A stretch of DNA of 53,723 bases from Christensenellaceae bacterium. GTDB lineage: Bacteria; Bacillota; Clostridia; Christensenellales; Borkfalkiaceae. The notes under the pieces were generated by a model, which did no database searches, had not been told where the DNA came from, and saw only the letters and a list, made by a program, of their open reading frames with translations. How positions within the stretch are numbered: position 1 is the first letter of the stretch; every line of letters starts with the position of its first letter. The DNA lies in assembly GCA_045646745.1 (NCBI GenBank), contig JAZRLL010000121.1, forward strand, positions 1-53,723, given 5' to 3'. A program made the translations under genes and the position numbers. This document shows, piece after piece, positions 45,322 through 53,723 of the stretch.

Positions 45322-47137
45322 ATTATTAGAGCAAAAAATAAAACTTTTGCCCGATAAGTCTGGCGTTTACGTAATGCTTGATAAAGATGAAAAGGTAATT
45401 TACGTAGGCAAGGCTAAAAATTTAAAAAACAGGGTAAGACAATATTTTCAAAACGGATTTAAAACGGAAAAAGTTGCGGCTATGGTTTTAAGCATAGTTG
45501 ACTTTTACTACGTTTTAACGAATTCCGAAGTTGACGCTTTATCCCTTGAAAACAATCTAATAAAAAAGTACAAGCCTAAATACAACATATTACTTAAAGA
45601 CGATAAATCTTATCCTTATATAAAAATTAATTTAAAAGAAAAATTTCCACGCTTTACCATTTCAAGAAGAATAAGAAAAGACGGCTCCAAATATTTTGGC
45701 CCGTATATGTTAGGAGTTTCAGTTAACGAAATTTTAGACACTTTAAAATACGTTTATCAAATTCGTCCTTGCGAAAGCCTTTTAAATAATAAAAAGCCTA
45801 AAAAAGAGTGCTTAAATTATCATTTAGGCTTATGTTTAGCCCCTTGTGCTAATAAGGTAAGTAGAGAAGAATATTTAAAAAACGTCAAGAAGGCAATAGA
45901 TTTCTTGTCTGGAAACGATGACGAAGCCGAAAAACTTTTAACTCAAAAAATGAAAGTTTGTGCGGAAAATCAAGAATTTGAAAGGGCTTTAATTTTAAGA
46001 GATAGACTAAATATGCTCAAAAAATTAAAGGATAAAAAAATTACTTCCTTAAACAGATTTATAACCTGCGACGTAGTTTCTATTAGCGACGACGGAATTT
46101 TTACCGCTATAAACGTGTTATTCGTAAGAGGCGGTAGAATGAACGGCTCAAAATCTTTTGCATACTCAACGTTATCTCTTGATAAGGAAGAAAGATTAAC
46201 TGATTTTATTATGGAATACTACACTTCTTCAAAGGAAATTCCAGATGAAATTTTAGTAAGTATAGATTTAGAAGATAAAATCCCGTTATCTAAATATTTA
46301 GCGGAATTAAGGGGCAAAAAAACAATCGTTGAGTTTCCTAAAAAGAGCGTTAAAAAGCAACTTGTTGATATGTCGCAAAAAAATGCCGACGATTACTTGC
46401 AAAGCGAAATTAACAAAGTTAAGCATAAAGACGATATGACGGTTATGGCTTGTCAAAAACTAAAAGAAATTTTAAATCTTAAAAAATATCCAAAAAGGAT
46501 TGAGTGCTTTGACATCTCGCACGTAAGCGGAGTTGATAAAGTGGGTTCTATGGTGGTATTTATTGACGGCTCGCCATCAAGAAACGATTATAGAAAATTT
46601 AAGATTAAAACGGTTGAAGGGAACGACGATTTTGCTTCCTTAAACGAACTTTTAAAAAGAAGACTTGATAAATTAAACGGCGAAGAAAGTGAAAAATTTC
46701 CAATGCCCGATTTAGTCGTGATTGACGGCGGGAAAGGTCAATTATCAGCCGTTAAAAATTTGTTTAGTAAATATAAAAACGATATAGATTTAATATCTCT
46801 TGCAGAAAGACAAGAAGAAATTTTTACCTTAAATAGTAAAGACTCTATTATTTTAAAAAGAACGGATTATTGTTTAAAACTTTTGCAACGAATAAGAGAT
46901 GAGGCGCATAGGTTTGCAATAACTTATAATAAAAAGTTAAGGACTAAACGAAATTTGTCTTCCGTTTTATGCGAAATTGAAGGCGTAGGCAAAGTGAAAA
47001 GAGATATTTTAATGAATAAATACAAAGATTTAAAAAGCATAATTATTGCTAGCGAAGAAGATTTGGCAAGCACCAAAGACATAGGCGAAAAACTTGCAAG
47101 AAGAATAAAGGAGTATTTTGAAAATTATGAAAAATAA
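45314..47137 (+). CDS. uvrC: Excinuclease ABC subunit C
   Basis: GIY-YIG module (GVYVM.D....IYVGKAKNLKNRV.QYF), UVR domain, RNase H-like endonuclease domain and C-terminal (HhH)2. Confidence 0.95.
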   Translation: MTELLEQKIKLLPDKSGVYVMLDKDEKVIYVGKAKNLKNRVRQYFQNGFKTEKVAAMVLSIVDFYYVLTNSEVDALSLENNLIKKYKPKYNILLKDDKSYPYIKINLKEKFPRFTISRRIRKDGSKYFGPYMLGVSVNEILDTLKYVYQIRPCESLLNNKKPKKECLNYHLGLCLAPCANKVSREEYLKNVKKAIDFLSGNDDEAEKLLTQKMKVCAENQEFERALILRDRLNMLKKLKDKKITSLNRFITCDVVSISDDGIFTAINVLFVRGGRMNGSKSFAYSTLSLDKEERLTDFIMEYYTSSKEIPDEILVSIDLEDKIPLSKYLAELRGKKTIVEFPKKSVKKQLVDMSQKNADDYLQSEINKVKHKDDMTVMACQKLKEILNLKKYPKRIECFDISHVSGVDKVGSMVVFIDGSPSRNDYRKFKIKTVEGNDDFASLNELLKRRLDKLNGEESEKFPMPDLVVIDGGKGQLSAVKNLFSKYKNDIDLISLAERQEEIFTLNSKDSIILKRTDYCLKLLQRIRDEAHRFAITYNKKLRTKRNLSSVLCEIEGVGKVKRDILMNKYKDLKSIIIASEEDLASTKDIGEKLARRIKEYFENYEK

Positions 47138-48080
47138 CAAAACGAAGAAAAACGAAGTTATTGAAACGAGTGAAGTTATTTCCGTAAAAGAATTTGCAAA
47201 AGAACTAAATTTAGAAATAATAAACGAAGGCAGAAAAAACATTACTTTAAGTTCTATAAGCGTTTCAAGGCCTGGGTTACAATTAACGGGATATTTTAAA
47301 TATTTTGACCACAAAAGAGTTCAAATTATTGGAAACGCAGAATATTCTTATTTGGTTGCTATGCCTGAAAGTGCAAGAAAGAAAAATTTGGAAAAATTAT
47401 TTAAACTTGACGTTCCTTGCATGATTATTGCAAGAAATCTTCCTGTTTTAGATGAGATAAAAACTTTTTCTGAAAAGTATAATTGTCCGTTATTTAGGTC
47501 AAAACAAATAACTACGGTTTTATCACACGAACTTACTAATTATCAAAACGAACTTTTAGCCCCTACTACCGTAATGCACGCAGTATTAGTAGAAGTTTTC
47601 GGTGTGGGAGTTTTAATAAAAGGTAAGTCTGGTATTGGTAAAAGTGAAATTGCTCTTGAACTTATAACTAGGGGACATAGACTCGTGTCGGACGATAGCG
47701 TAGTTATTAAAAATTTTGGTGAAACTTTAATGGGAAAAGCCCCTAAAAATATTCAATATTTTATGGAAGTTAGGGGTTTAGGAATTATAAATATTCAAAA
47801 AATGTATGGTCCAGGTGCTATAAGACCGCAAAAAACGATAGATTTAGTAGTTGAACTATCTAAATTAGGCGAAGGTCAACATTACGAAAGATTGGGAGAT
47901 ACTCAAAGTGAAATAGAAATTTTAGGCATTAAAATTCCTAAATTATCAATACCCGTATCCCCAGGTAGAAATACTCCGGTAGTTATTGAAACCGCCGCAA
48001 GAAAATATCGTTTAGACCAAGAAGGCTACGATGCTACGAAAGACCTTATAGAAAAGACTTTTAAGTCTAAAAAATATTAA
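47118..48080 (+). CDS. hprK: HPr kinase/phosphorylase
   Basis: Walker A GKSGIGKSE and signature LVSDD are present. The start is uncertain: TTG 47118 lies 4 nt after AAGGAG and ATG 47127 lies 13 nt after it. With the 47118 start it overlaps the uvrC end by 20 nt. Confidence 0.9.
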   Translation: MKIMKNNKTKKNEVIETSEVISVKEFAKELNLEIINEGRKNITLSSISVSRPGLQLTGYFKYFDHKRVQIIGNAEYSYLVAMPESARKKNLEKLFKLDVPCMIIARNLPVLDEIKTFSEKYNCPLFRSKQITTVLSHELTNYQNELLAPTTVMHAVLVEVFGVGVLIKGKSGIGKSEIALELITRGHRLVSDDSVVIKNFGETLMGKAPKNIQYFMEVRGLGIINIQKMYGPGAIRPQKTIDLVVELSKLGEGQHYERLGDTQSEIEILGIKIPKLSIPVSPGRNTPVVIETAARKYRLDQEGYDATKDLIEKTFKSKKY

Positions 48081-48366
48081 AATCAGTAATAATACCCATT
48101 ACTATAAAATAACCCGTTAAAACGATTAATATAGGCATAGCAATCATAAGTAATAGGCTGTGCAAACGATGTTTTAAGGTAAACATCGCAATAAAAACGC
48201 CTAATGCTCCACCTAAAATCCCAACTATTAAAAGTTTGCTATCTTTAATGGTTGAATTGTGGTTTTGCTCGGTCGTTTGGGTTTTTTGCAGTTTGATAAG
48301 CATAAACCCGTAAAAGTTTATTGCAAGTAAGTAGGTAATTAAAATTATTCTAACTAACAATATCAT
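48067..48366 (-). CDS. DUF1294-like small membrane protein
   Basis: 99 aa with 3 TM segments. The LGGALGVFIAMFTLKHR segment resembles the DUF1294 core. It overlaps the hprK 3' end by 14 nt. Confidence 0.55.
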   Translation of the reverse strand: MILLVRIILITYLLAINFYGFMLIKLQKTQTTEQNHNSTIKDSKLLIVGILGGALGVFIAMFTLKHRLHSLLLMIAMPILIVLTGYFIVMGIITDFNIF

Positions 48367-48396
48367 AATAAAATTATGAGTAAGATTTAAAAAATT

Positions 48397-50271
48397 ATGT
48401 TTATTCCAATATCACAAAAAGAAATAGGCGAGCAAAACGTAGATTTCGTTGTTATTGCCTCAGACGCATACGTTGACCACCCAACTTATGGACACGCAAT
48501 TATTGCAAGGCTAATAGAAGCCGAAGGTTTTAGCGTGGGAATAATTCCGCAACCGATTAAAGATGAAGATTACTTTGCCTTTAAAAAGCCTAATTACGCT
48601 TATTTAGTTAGCGGTGGTGTGGTTGATAGTATGGTTAATAATTACACCGTTGCTAAACGCAAAAGAGACGGCGACGTTTATTCTCCTAAATCTAAACAAG
48701 GCAAAAGACCTGATAGGCAAATTACCGTTTACGCGAAAACCTTAAAAAGACTTTTTAAAGACGTTCCCGTAATAATAGGCGGAATTGAAGCGTCTTTAAG
48801 AAGATTTACCCATTACGATTATTGGTCGGATAGCGTTATGCAGTCCGTTTTATGCGATAGCAGTGCGGATATGCTTATTTACGGTATGGGAGAAAAGCCT
48901 TTTTGGGATATTTTAGCAAGGCTAAAAAAACAAATTCCACTTTTGAAGATTAAAGACGTTAGGGGAACTTGCGTAATTGCGGATAAAAGTTCAAAAGATG
49001 ATTTAATTAAAAAGGGGTATAAAGAACTTCCTTCGTACGATAGCATAATTAAAGACAAGAAAAATTACGCAATATCTTTTAAGGAAGAAATAAGAAATAC
49101 GGATGCGCTCAATGCAAACGTTTTATTCCAAGAGCAAAAGAGCGGAAAAATAGTTATACAAAACCTACCCGCTTTTCCCTTAACCGAAGAAGAAATGGAT
49201 AAGATTTACGCTCTGCCTTTTGAAAGGAATTATCATCCTTCTTACGAAAAAGAAGGTGGAATTAAATCTATTGAAGAAGTTAAGTTTTCGGTAGTTAGTC
49301 ATAGAGGCTGTTTTGGAAGTTGTTCGTTTTGTGCGTTAAACTATCATCAAGGTAGGGTTATCCAAAAAAGAAGTGATAATTCAATACTTTTAGAGATTGA
49401 AAAATTAACCAAAGATAAAGATTTTAAGGGGTACATAAACGATTTATCAGGGCCTTCCGCTAATTTTAGAGAGCCCGCTTGCGACAAACAAAAAACTTGT
49501 GGCGTTTGTAAAGATAAGTTTTGTATAGGAAACAAGCCTTGTCCTAATTTAAAAGTTGACCACAGCGGGTTTATAAATCTTTTAAGAAAAGCAAGGCAAA
49601 TTAAAGGCGTTAAAAAGATTTTTATAAGAAGTGGTATAAGATACGATTATATCGTCTACGATAAAAATCAAGAAGTGCTAAGTGAACTTGTTAATCACCA
49701 TATAAGCGGACAATTAAAAGTTGCGCCGGAACATATATCCGATAAAGTTTTAGCCGTAATGAACAAGCCTTCGTTTAGCGTTTATAAAGAATTTGCAAAC
49801 AGATATAAAAGTCTTAACAAAAAGTTTAATAAAGAGCAGTTTTTAGTGCCTTATTTAATTTCTTCTCACCCAGGTTGCTCTATTGAAGACGCCGTTAAAT
49901 TAACGGAATACTTAAAGAGCATAAACTATATGCCAATGCAAGTTCAGGACTTTTATCCAACGCCGTCAACAAGGTCAACGTGCATATATTTTACGGGTAT
50001 TGACCCTTTAACCATGAAGGAAGTTTACGTTCCTAAAACTGAACTTGAAAAGAAAATGCAAAGGGCGTTGCTTCAATATAGATTGCCTAAAAATAAGGAA
50101 CTCGTAAAGGAAGGTTACGTATTAGCAAAAATAAAGAAAGAAGATTTTACAAATAATTCAAGGCAAAAACCTAAAATTTCAAAATCTAAAAATAGAAATT
50201 TGCAAGATTTTAATAAAAACGGCGTTTACAAACCTAAACTATCTTCTAAAAAGGCTAAAAAGGGCAGATAA
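48397..50271 (+). CDS. ygiQ: YgiQ-family radical SAM protein (UPF0313)
   Basis: Radical SAM cluster motif HRGCFGSCSFCAL, the YgiQ-typical N-terminal domain, and a lysine-rich C-terminal tail. Confidence 0.85.
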   Translation: MFIPISQKEIGEQNVDFVVIASDAYVDHPTYGHAIIARLIEAEGFSVGIIPQPIKDEDYFAFKKPNYAYLVSGGVVDSMVNNYTVAKRKRDGDVYSPKSKQGKRPDRQITVYAKTLKRLFKDVPVIIGGIEASLRRFTHYDYWSDSVMQSVLCDSSADMLIYGMGEKPFWDILARLKKQIPLLKIKDVRGTCVIADKSSKDDLIKKGYKELPSYDSIIKDKKNYAISFKEEIRNTDALNANVLFQEQKSGKIVIQNLPAFPLTEEEMDKIYALPFERNYHPSYEKEGGIKSIEEVKFSVVSHRGCFGSCSFCALNYHQGRVIQKRSDNSILLEIEKLTKDKDFKGYINDLSGPSANFREPACDKQKTCGVCKDKFCIGNKPCPNLKVDHSGFINLLRKARQIKGVKKIFIRSGIRYDYIVYDKNQEVLSELVNHHISGQLKVAPEHISDKVLAVMNKPSFSVYKEFANRYKSLNKKFNKEQFLVPYLISSHPGCSIEDAVKLTEYLKSINYMPMQVQDFYPTPSTRSTCIYFTGIDPLTMKEVYVPKTELEKKMQRALLQYRLPKNKELVKEGYVLAKIKKEDFTNNSRQKPKISKSKNRNLQDFNKNGVYKPKLSSKKAKKGR

Positions 50272-50294
50272 TTGCAATTTTTTCAAAATAACGC

Positions 50295-50322
50295 TTGCAA
50301 AATCTTATAAATGTGTTAAAAT
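50295..50322 (+). promoter_or_regulatory. Possible extended -10 promoter for nrdR
   Basis: TTGCAA (50295-50300), a 16-nt spacer, then TGtTAAAAT (50314-50322). Confidence 0.45.
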
Positions 50323-50368
50323 TAAAAGGTCAAGGATAAAATTATAATTTTATCAAGTGAGGTACTGT

Positions 50369-50821
50369 ATGAAATGTTTGTATTGTGGTTGTATTGATAG
50401 TAAAGTAATTGATTCTCGTTCAACTGATGAAAATACAATGATTAGAAGAAGGCGTGAGTGTATTAAATGCGGTAGGCGTTTTACAACGTACGAAACCGTT
50501 GAAACTACTCCCGTACTCGTTATTAAAGCGGGCGGAAATAGAGAAGTTTTTGACTCTAACAAGGTTAAAAACGGGATTATCAAGGCCTGTGAAAAAAGAC
50601 CCGTTCCTTTATTTAAAATTGACAAACTCGTTGAAGACGTTCAAAAACAAGTTTATAACTCGTTAGACCAAGAAGTAACTTCAAAAGAAATTGGAGAAAT
50701 GGTTATGAACGGCTTAAAAGAAATTGACGAAGTTGCTTACGTTAGATTTGCGTCGGTTTATCGTTCTTTTAAAGATATATCAACGTTTATGCGTGAACTT
50801 GAAAAACTTGCTAAAAAATAA
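50369..50821 (+). CDS. nrdR: Transcriptional repressor NrdR (zinc ribbon plus ATP-cone)
   Basis: Starts MKCLYCG...DSKVIDSR and contains [12 protein letters not shown] followed by an ATP-cone. ATG 50369 lies 7 nt after GAGG. The track ORF opens at GTG 50357. Confidence 0.9.
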   Translation: MKCLYCGCIDSKVIDSRSTDENTMIRRRRECIKCGRRFTTYETVETTPVLVIKAGGNREVFDSNKVKNGIIKACEKRPVPLFKIDKLVEDVQKQVYNSLDQEVTSKEIGEMVMNGLKEIDEVAYVRFASVYRSFKDISTFMRELEKLAKK

Positions 50822-50836
50822 TTATAAAAGGTAAAC

Positions 50837-51562
50837 ATGAAAAAAACTACTAAAAAAACAAAAAAAATAAAAAACAAGAAAAAACTTATAACTACTTTAA
50901 TTGCCGTTGCATCGGTTATCGTTATAGCGATATCAAGTCTTTTCGTTATTGATTCTTTTGCTCCTGCAAACCCAAAGTGTTATCATAAATTCGTAGCTTC
51001 AACCTTTAACGGCTCGTACGATAAAGACGGGCTTCCTAAATCCTATTGGCAAGTTAGTCCCGTAAAGATGGAAAAAGATGGAAAAGTAGACTTTGCTACT
51101 TTCTATGCAAGGTATTACGTTCAATACGAATCAAGTTCGGAATACACGTCTGAAATTTGGATAAACGTTTCTGATTTTTACGGTGATTCTACGAAAATAA
51201 CAATTGCAAAGGGTGGTGGACCACTTCCTAATATAACTTTTGATAAAGGAACGTATGAATACGCTTTAACTAAAAACAAGGTAAAAAACTCGGAAGACGG
51301 CTGGATTAAAATTTTTGATTCCGATTGGAAGGGTGCTTTTGACGTATCTTCAATGTATTTGTGGGTTGGTTTTAAAAACGCTAAAATAAGGGTTAGAGAA
51401 ATAGCGTTTATATCAAGTGAAGGAAACCTTTCAAACAAATATAACGACGTTACTAATATGGGACTTTACGATGAAGACGCTAACGTTATTGCTAATATGG
51501 TAAAAGGCGTTGAAAAAACTACTGACGAATACGATTTGGTTTCAAAGAGATTTAAAAAATAA
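50837..51562 (+). CDS. Hypothetical membrane-anchored protein with beta-rich extracytoplasmic domain
   Basis: A lysine-rich N-terminus is followed by one TM helix and about 195 aa rich in Y/W/S/K. No motif was recognised. RBS AAAGG. Confidence 0.5.
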   Translation: MKKTTKKTKKIKNKKKLITTLIAVASVIVIAISSLFVIDSFAPANPKCYHKFVASTFNGSYDKDGLPKSYWQVSPVKMEKDGKVDFATFYARYYVQYESSSEYTSEIWINVSDFYGDSTKITIAKGGGPLPNITFDKGTYEYALTKNKVKNSEDGWIKIFDSDWKGAFDVSSMYLWVGFKNAKIRVREIAFISSEGNLSNKYNDVTNMGLYDEDANVIANMVKGVEKTTDEYDLVSKRFKK

Positions 51563-51584
51563 AATTTAATTAAATAGACAAAAA

Positions 51585-51617
51585 AGAGCATATTTTTATC
51601 TAATATGCTCTTTTTTT
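51585..51617 (+). terminator. Intrinsic terminator directly upstream of spoIIGA
   Basis: AGAGCATATT (51585-51594) pairs with AATATGCTCT (51602-51611), followed by T7. Confidence 0.8.
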
Positions 51618-51645
51618 GTTGCCCTTTTATTGTAAACTTTTTGGT

Positions 51646-52464
51646 ATGGAAGTGTACGTTGAATACGTTATTATTGACAACTTAATAATAAATTATTTAC
51701 TACTTTCTTCAAGTACGTTTGTAAGTAGGGTTAGAACTACTTTTATAAGAAAAGGCCTATCTGCAATTCTTGGAACGCTTATAGCGGTGTTGTTGCCGTT
51801 GTTTGAAATAGGGGATAGTTCTCTTTTGTTTATTAAAATTTTATTGTCTCTGATAATGGTTATAATTTGCTCAAAATACACGACTTTTAAAGGCTACGTA
51901 AAAACGTATTTTTTCTTTTTGCTATTCACGTTTTTATGTGGTGGATTTATAATAGCGATTTTTTATTTTGCCAATATTGATTACACGCTTTATTTTTCAA
52001 TTAATTACGATTCCTTTATGCCGATAGGTATATCTATTTTGTGTGTTTACGTTTTGTCAAAAATAACTACGAGTTTAGTAAAAAAACTATTGCTTGATAG
52101 AGACCTTTTGCCTTTTATAAGAAAATGCGAAATAACGTCTAGTAAACGAAAAATATTAGTTAACGGCTATATTGATAGCGGTAATAGGCTATTTGAAAGC
52201 AAAACGGGGCTTCCAATAATAGTTGCATCAAATTCTTTCATGGAAAAGTTAAAAGGTTCTGATATTAAAATTTTGTCTTTTACCAATATTAAAATGCAAA
52301 CGGTTGGCGGAGAGTACGAAATGGAAGTTTATTTAATTGATAAAATAAGGATATATAATGGAATAAGCGTGAATACATTTAATAACGTATTGATAGGCAA
52401 AAGCAATACGAATTTTTATTCTGACGGCGATTACGATTTGTTATTACATCCGTCGTTATTTTAA
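51646..52464 (+). CDS. spoIIGA: Sigma-E processing peptidase SpoIIGA
   Basis: An N-terminal 5-TM domain starts ...VYVEYVIIDNLIINYLLL. The C-terminal aspartic protease motif is GYIDSGN. It lies immediately upstream of sigE. ATG 51646 is preferred because TTG 51616 lies inside the terminator T-run. No clear SD. Confidence 0.8.
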   Translation: MEVYVEYVIIDNLIINYLLLSSSTFVSRVRTTFIRKGLSAILGTLIAVLLPLFEIGDSSLLFIKILLSLIMVIICSKYTTFKGYVKTYFFFLLFTFLCGGFIIAIFYFANIDYTLYFSINYDSFMPIGISILCVYVLSKITTSLVKKLLLDRDLLPFIRKCEITSSKRKILVNGYIDSGNRLFESKTGLPIIVASNSFMEKLKGSDIKILSFTNIKMQTVGGEYEMEVYLIDKIRIYNGISVNTFNNVLIGKSNTNFYSDGDYDLLLHPSLF

Positions 52465-52473
52465 GGGGGGAAT

Positions 52474-53181
52474 ATGAAATTACACAAATTAATTAAAGAA
52501 ATTATATTAAGCCTTTTTAAAAAGAAAAAAGACGTTCTTTTTTACATGAACGGGTCGGAAAGTTTGCCAAAAGCGTACACCCCGGAAGAAGAGCAAATTA
52601 AAATCTCTCAACTACTAAACGGCGAATACGAAATAAAAGATGAAATTATTGAGCATAATTTAAGACTCGTTGTATACATAGCAAGAAAATTTGATAATAC
52701 GGGCGTTGATTTAGACGATTTAATTTCAGTTGGAACGATAGGACTTATAAAGGCGGTAAACACCTTTAATTTAGACAAAAACATTAAACTTGCAACCTAC
52801 GCTTCAAGGTGCATTGAAAACGAAATTTTAATGCATTTAAGAAAGGTGTCTAAAATAAAGGGTGAAATTTCACTTGACGAACCACTTAACGTTGATTATG
52901 AAGGAAATAAACTTTTGCTATCTGACATTTTAGGCACAGACCCCGAAATAGTTTACAAAAATTCTGAAGAAAGTGCGGAAAGAAAAGTTTTAAAAGAAGC
53001 GATTAAAAGGTTGTCTTTAAGAGAAAAGCAAATAATGAATATGCGTTTCGGACTTGACGGAAGCGATGAGTTAACTCAAAAAGAAGTTGCCGACACTTTG
53101 GGAATTTCGCAATCGTATATATCAAGACTTGAAAAGAAAATAGTTGAAAAACTCCAAAAAGAATTTAAAAAGTTTAGTTAA
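52474..53181 (+). CDS. sigE: RNA polymerase sporulation sigma factor E (pro-sigma-E)
   Basis: An N-terminal pro-sequence is followed by region 2 ([16 protein letters not shown]....[16 protein letters not shown]......[16 protein letters not shown]) and a region 4 HTH. RBS AAGGGGGG. Confidence 0.9.
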   Translation: MKLHKLIKEIILSLFKKKKDVLFYMNGSESLPKAYTPEEEQIKISQLLNGEYEIKDEIIEHNLRLVVYIARKFDNTGVDLDDLISVGTIGLIKAVNTFNLDKNIKLATYASRCIENEILMHLRKVSKIKGEISLDEPLNVDYEGNKLLLSDILGTDPEIVYKNSEESAERKVLKEAIKRLSLREKQIMNMRFGLDGSDELTQKEVADTLGISQSYISRLEKKIVEKLQKEFKKFS

Positions 53182-53205
53182 AAGGTAAAAGTGAATAGAA
53201 AAAGT

Positions 53206-53240
53206 AAAAACCTTCCCGAATAAAATTCAAGAAGGTTTTT
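53206..53240 (+). terminator. Probable terminator after sigE
   Basis: AAAAACCTTC (53206-53215) pairs with GAAGGTTTTT (53231-53240). The loop is 15 nt with internal GAAT/ATTC pairing. The T-run can be either part of the stem or a free tail. Confidence 0.6.
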
Positions 53241-53407
53241 GGCGGGCAAGTGGTGATTGCGTTTGAACTTTTTAGGTTATAGTTTTATTATGTCGGCAAC
53301 TATTATGTTTTATAAATATATAACATTGAGTAAATAGAGGTTTAAGATTAAATAATTTTTTATGGCTTGGTAAACCATTAGTTTAGTTCTTGTGAACTAA
53401 TTTATTA

Positions 53408-53436
53408 TTGACTATTATCGTTTATATTGATAAAAT
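53408..53436 (+). promoter_or_regulatory. Sigma-A type promoter for the XRE gene at the window edge
   Basis: TTGACT (53408-53413), a 17-nt spacer, then TAAAAT (53431-53436). Confidence 0.5.
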
Positions 53437-53464
53437 TGTTTTAACAAAAAAAAGGAGCAATATT

Positions 53465-53723
53465 ATGATAGGAAAAATTATTAAGGAAAAACGAGAAGAA
53501 TTAGGTTTAACTCAAAATGAAATAGCGGAATATTTATCAATAAGTCCACAATCTGTTTCAAAATGGGAAAGAGAAATTGCTGAACCATCAATTGAATACC
53601 TGCCTAAACTTGCAAAAATTTTTAATTGTTCTATTGAAAACTTTTTTGAATCAGAAAAATATTCAGGGGATAATTTAAATTTGTCAGATTCACAATTTAT
53701 AAAATTATCCAGAGAAGGAAAAT
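53465..53723 (+). CDS. XRE-family HTH transcriptional regulator (3'-truncated by the window end)
   Basis: My own translation reads MIGKIIKEKREELGLTQNEIAEYLSISPQSVSKWEREIAEPSIEYLPKLAKIFNCSIENFF..., a canonical HTH_3. RBS AAAGGAG lies 7 nt upstream. It is absent from the ORF track because no stop codon falls in the window. Confidence 0.75.
   Translation, partial: MIGKIIKEKREELGLTQNEIAEYLSISPQSVSKWEREIAEPSIEYLPKLAKIFNCSIENFFESEKYSGDNLNLSDSQFIKLSREGK

Noticed and set aside
1804-51881. Some 35-40 short (60-121 aa) ORFs in the six-frame track lie inside, and mostly antisense to, the large genes. Examples are 1804..1989, 2891..3088, 3296..3541, 3809..4171, 4972..5208, 5245..5532, 6550..6732, 13656..13892, 17118..17390, 23045..23410, 23206..23415, 28455..28706, 44763..45080, 50353..50625, 50454..50666 and 51178..51438.
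   Set aside because: All are fully embedded in longer ORFs with strong family motifs. They have low-complexity, shadow-frame composition (Ser/Phe/Ile/Lys-rich) and lack RBS support. Such ORFs are expected by chance in A/T-rich DNA with few stop codons on the antisense strand.
1-53723. CRISPR arrays, rRNA genes, IS elements, transposases, integrases, and long direct repeats.
   Set aside because: Reading the intergenic regions, the longest of which are about 150-630 nt, showed no regularly spaced repeats. No ORF has transposase, recombinase or Cas motifs. The only notable repeat family is the CACCTAAT set at 2147-2740, which is reported as a finding.

Overview
This AT-rich, tightly packed window reads as core chromosome of a low-GC, endospore-forming Firmicute (Clostridia-like). 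I call 51 protein genes plus one candidate micro-ORF, 45 of them on the + strand, two tRNAs (Val-UAC, Gly-GCC) and a Thr T-box leader before thrS. Several blocks match Bacillus subtilis microsynteny: spoVT-yabM-yabN(mazG), ytxC-[T-box]-thrS, lon-ysxC(engB), ylbH(rsmD)-ylbI(coaD)-ylbJ and spoIIGA-sigE. Other housekeeping genes are dus, trmL, hslO, rarA, murB, whiA, cca, uvrC, hprK, ygiQ and nrdR. Transport genes are an MFS carrier, a ZIP carrier, a P-type Ca-ATPase, a MacB/FtsX-type ABC pair and a fused ABC exporter. A five-gene exopolysaccharide locus encodes a priming transferase, a GT2, Wzz, a BY-kinase and a CpsB phosphatase. I see no CRISPR array, transposase, integrase, rRNA or recognisable defence system, and no convincing self-contained novel multi-gene system. 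The best leads are modest. (1) A tandem-HTH regulator gene is bracketed by a 16/17 inverted repeat, with four ATTAGGTG-type sites, and diverges from an orphan 246-aa protein (1.37-2.75 kb). (2) An untracked 31-aa hydrophobic, type-I-toxin-like ORF lies convergent with an ABC exporter (31925-32020). (3) A flavin-reductase protein carries two tandem rubredoxin domains. (4) A perfect 14-bp hairpin sequesters the spoVT Shine-Dalgarno. (5) sigG does not follow sigE; an AT-rich spacer and an XRE gene sit at the right edge instead. All family calls come from motif recognition by eye; no searches or computations were run.
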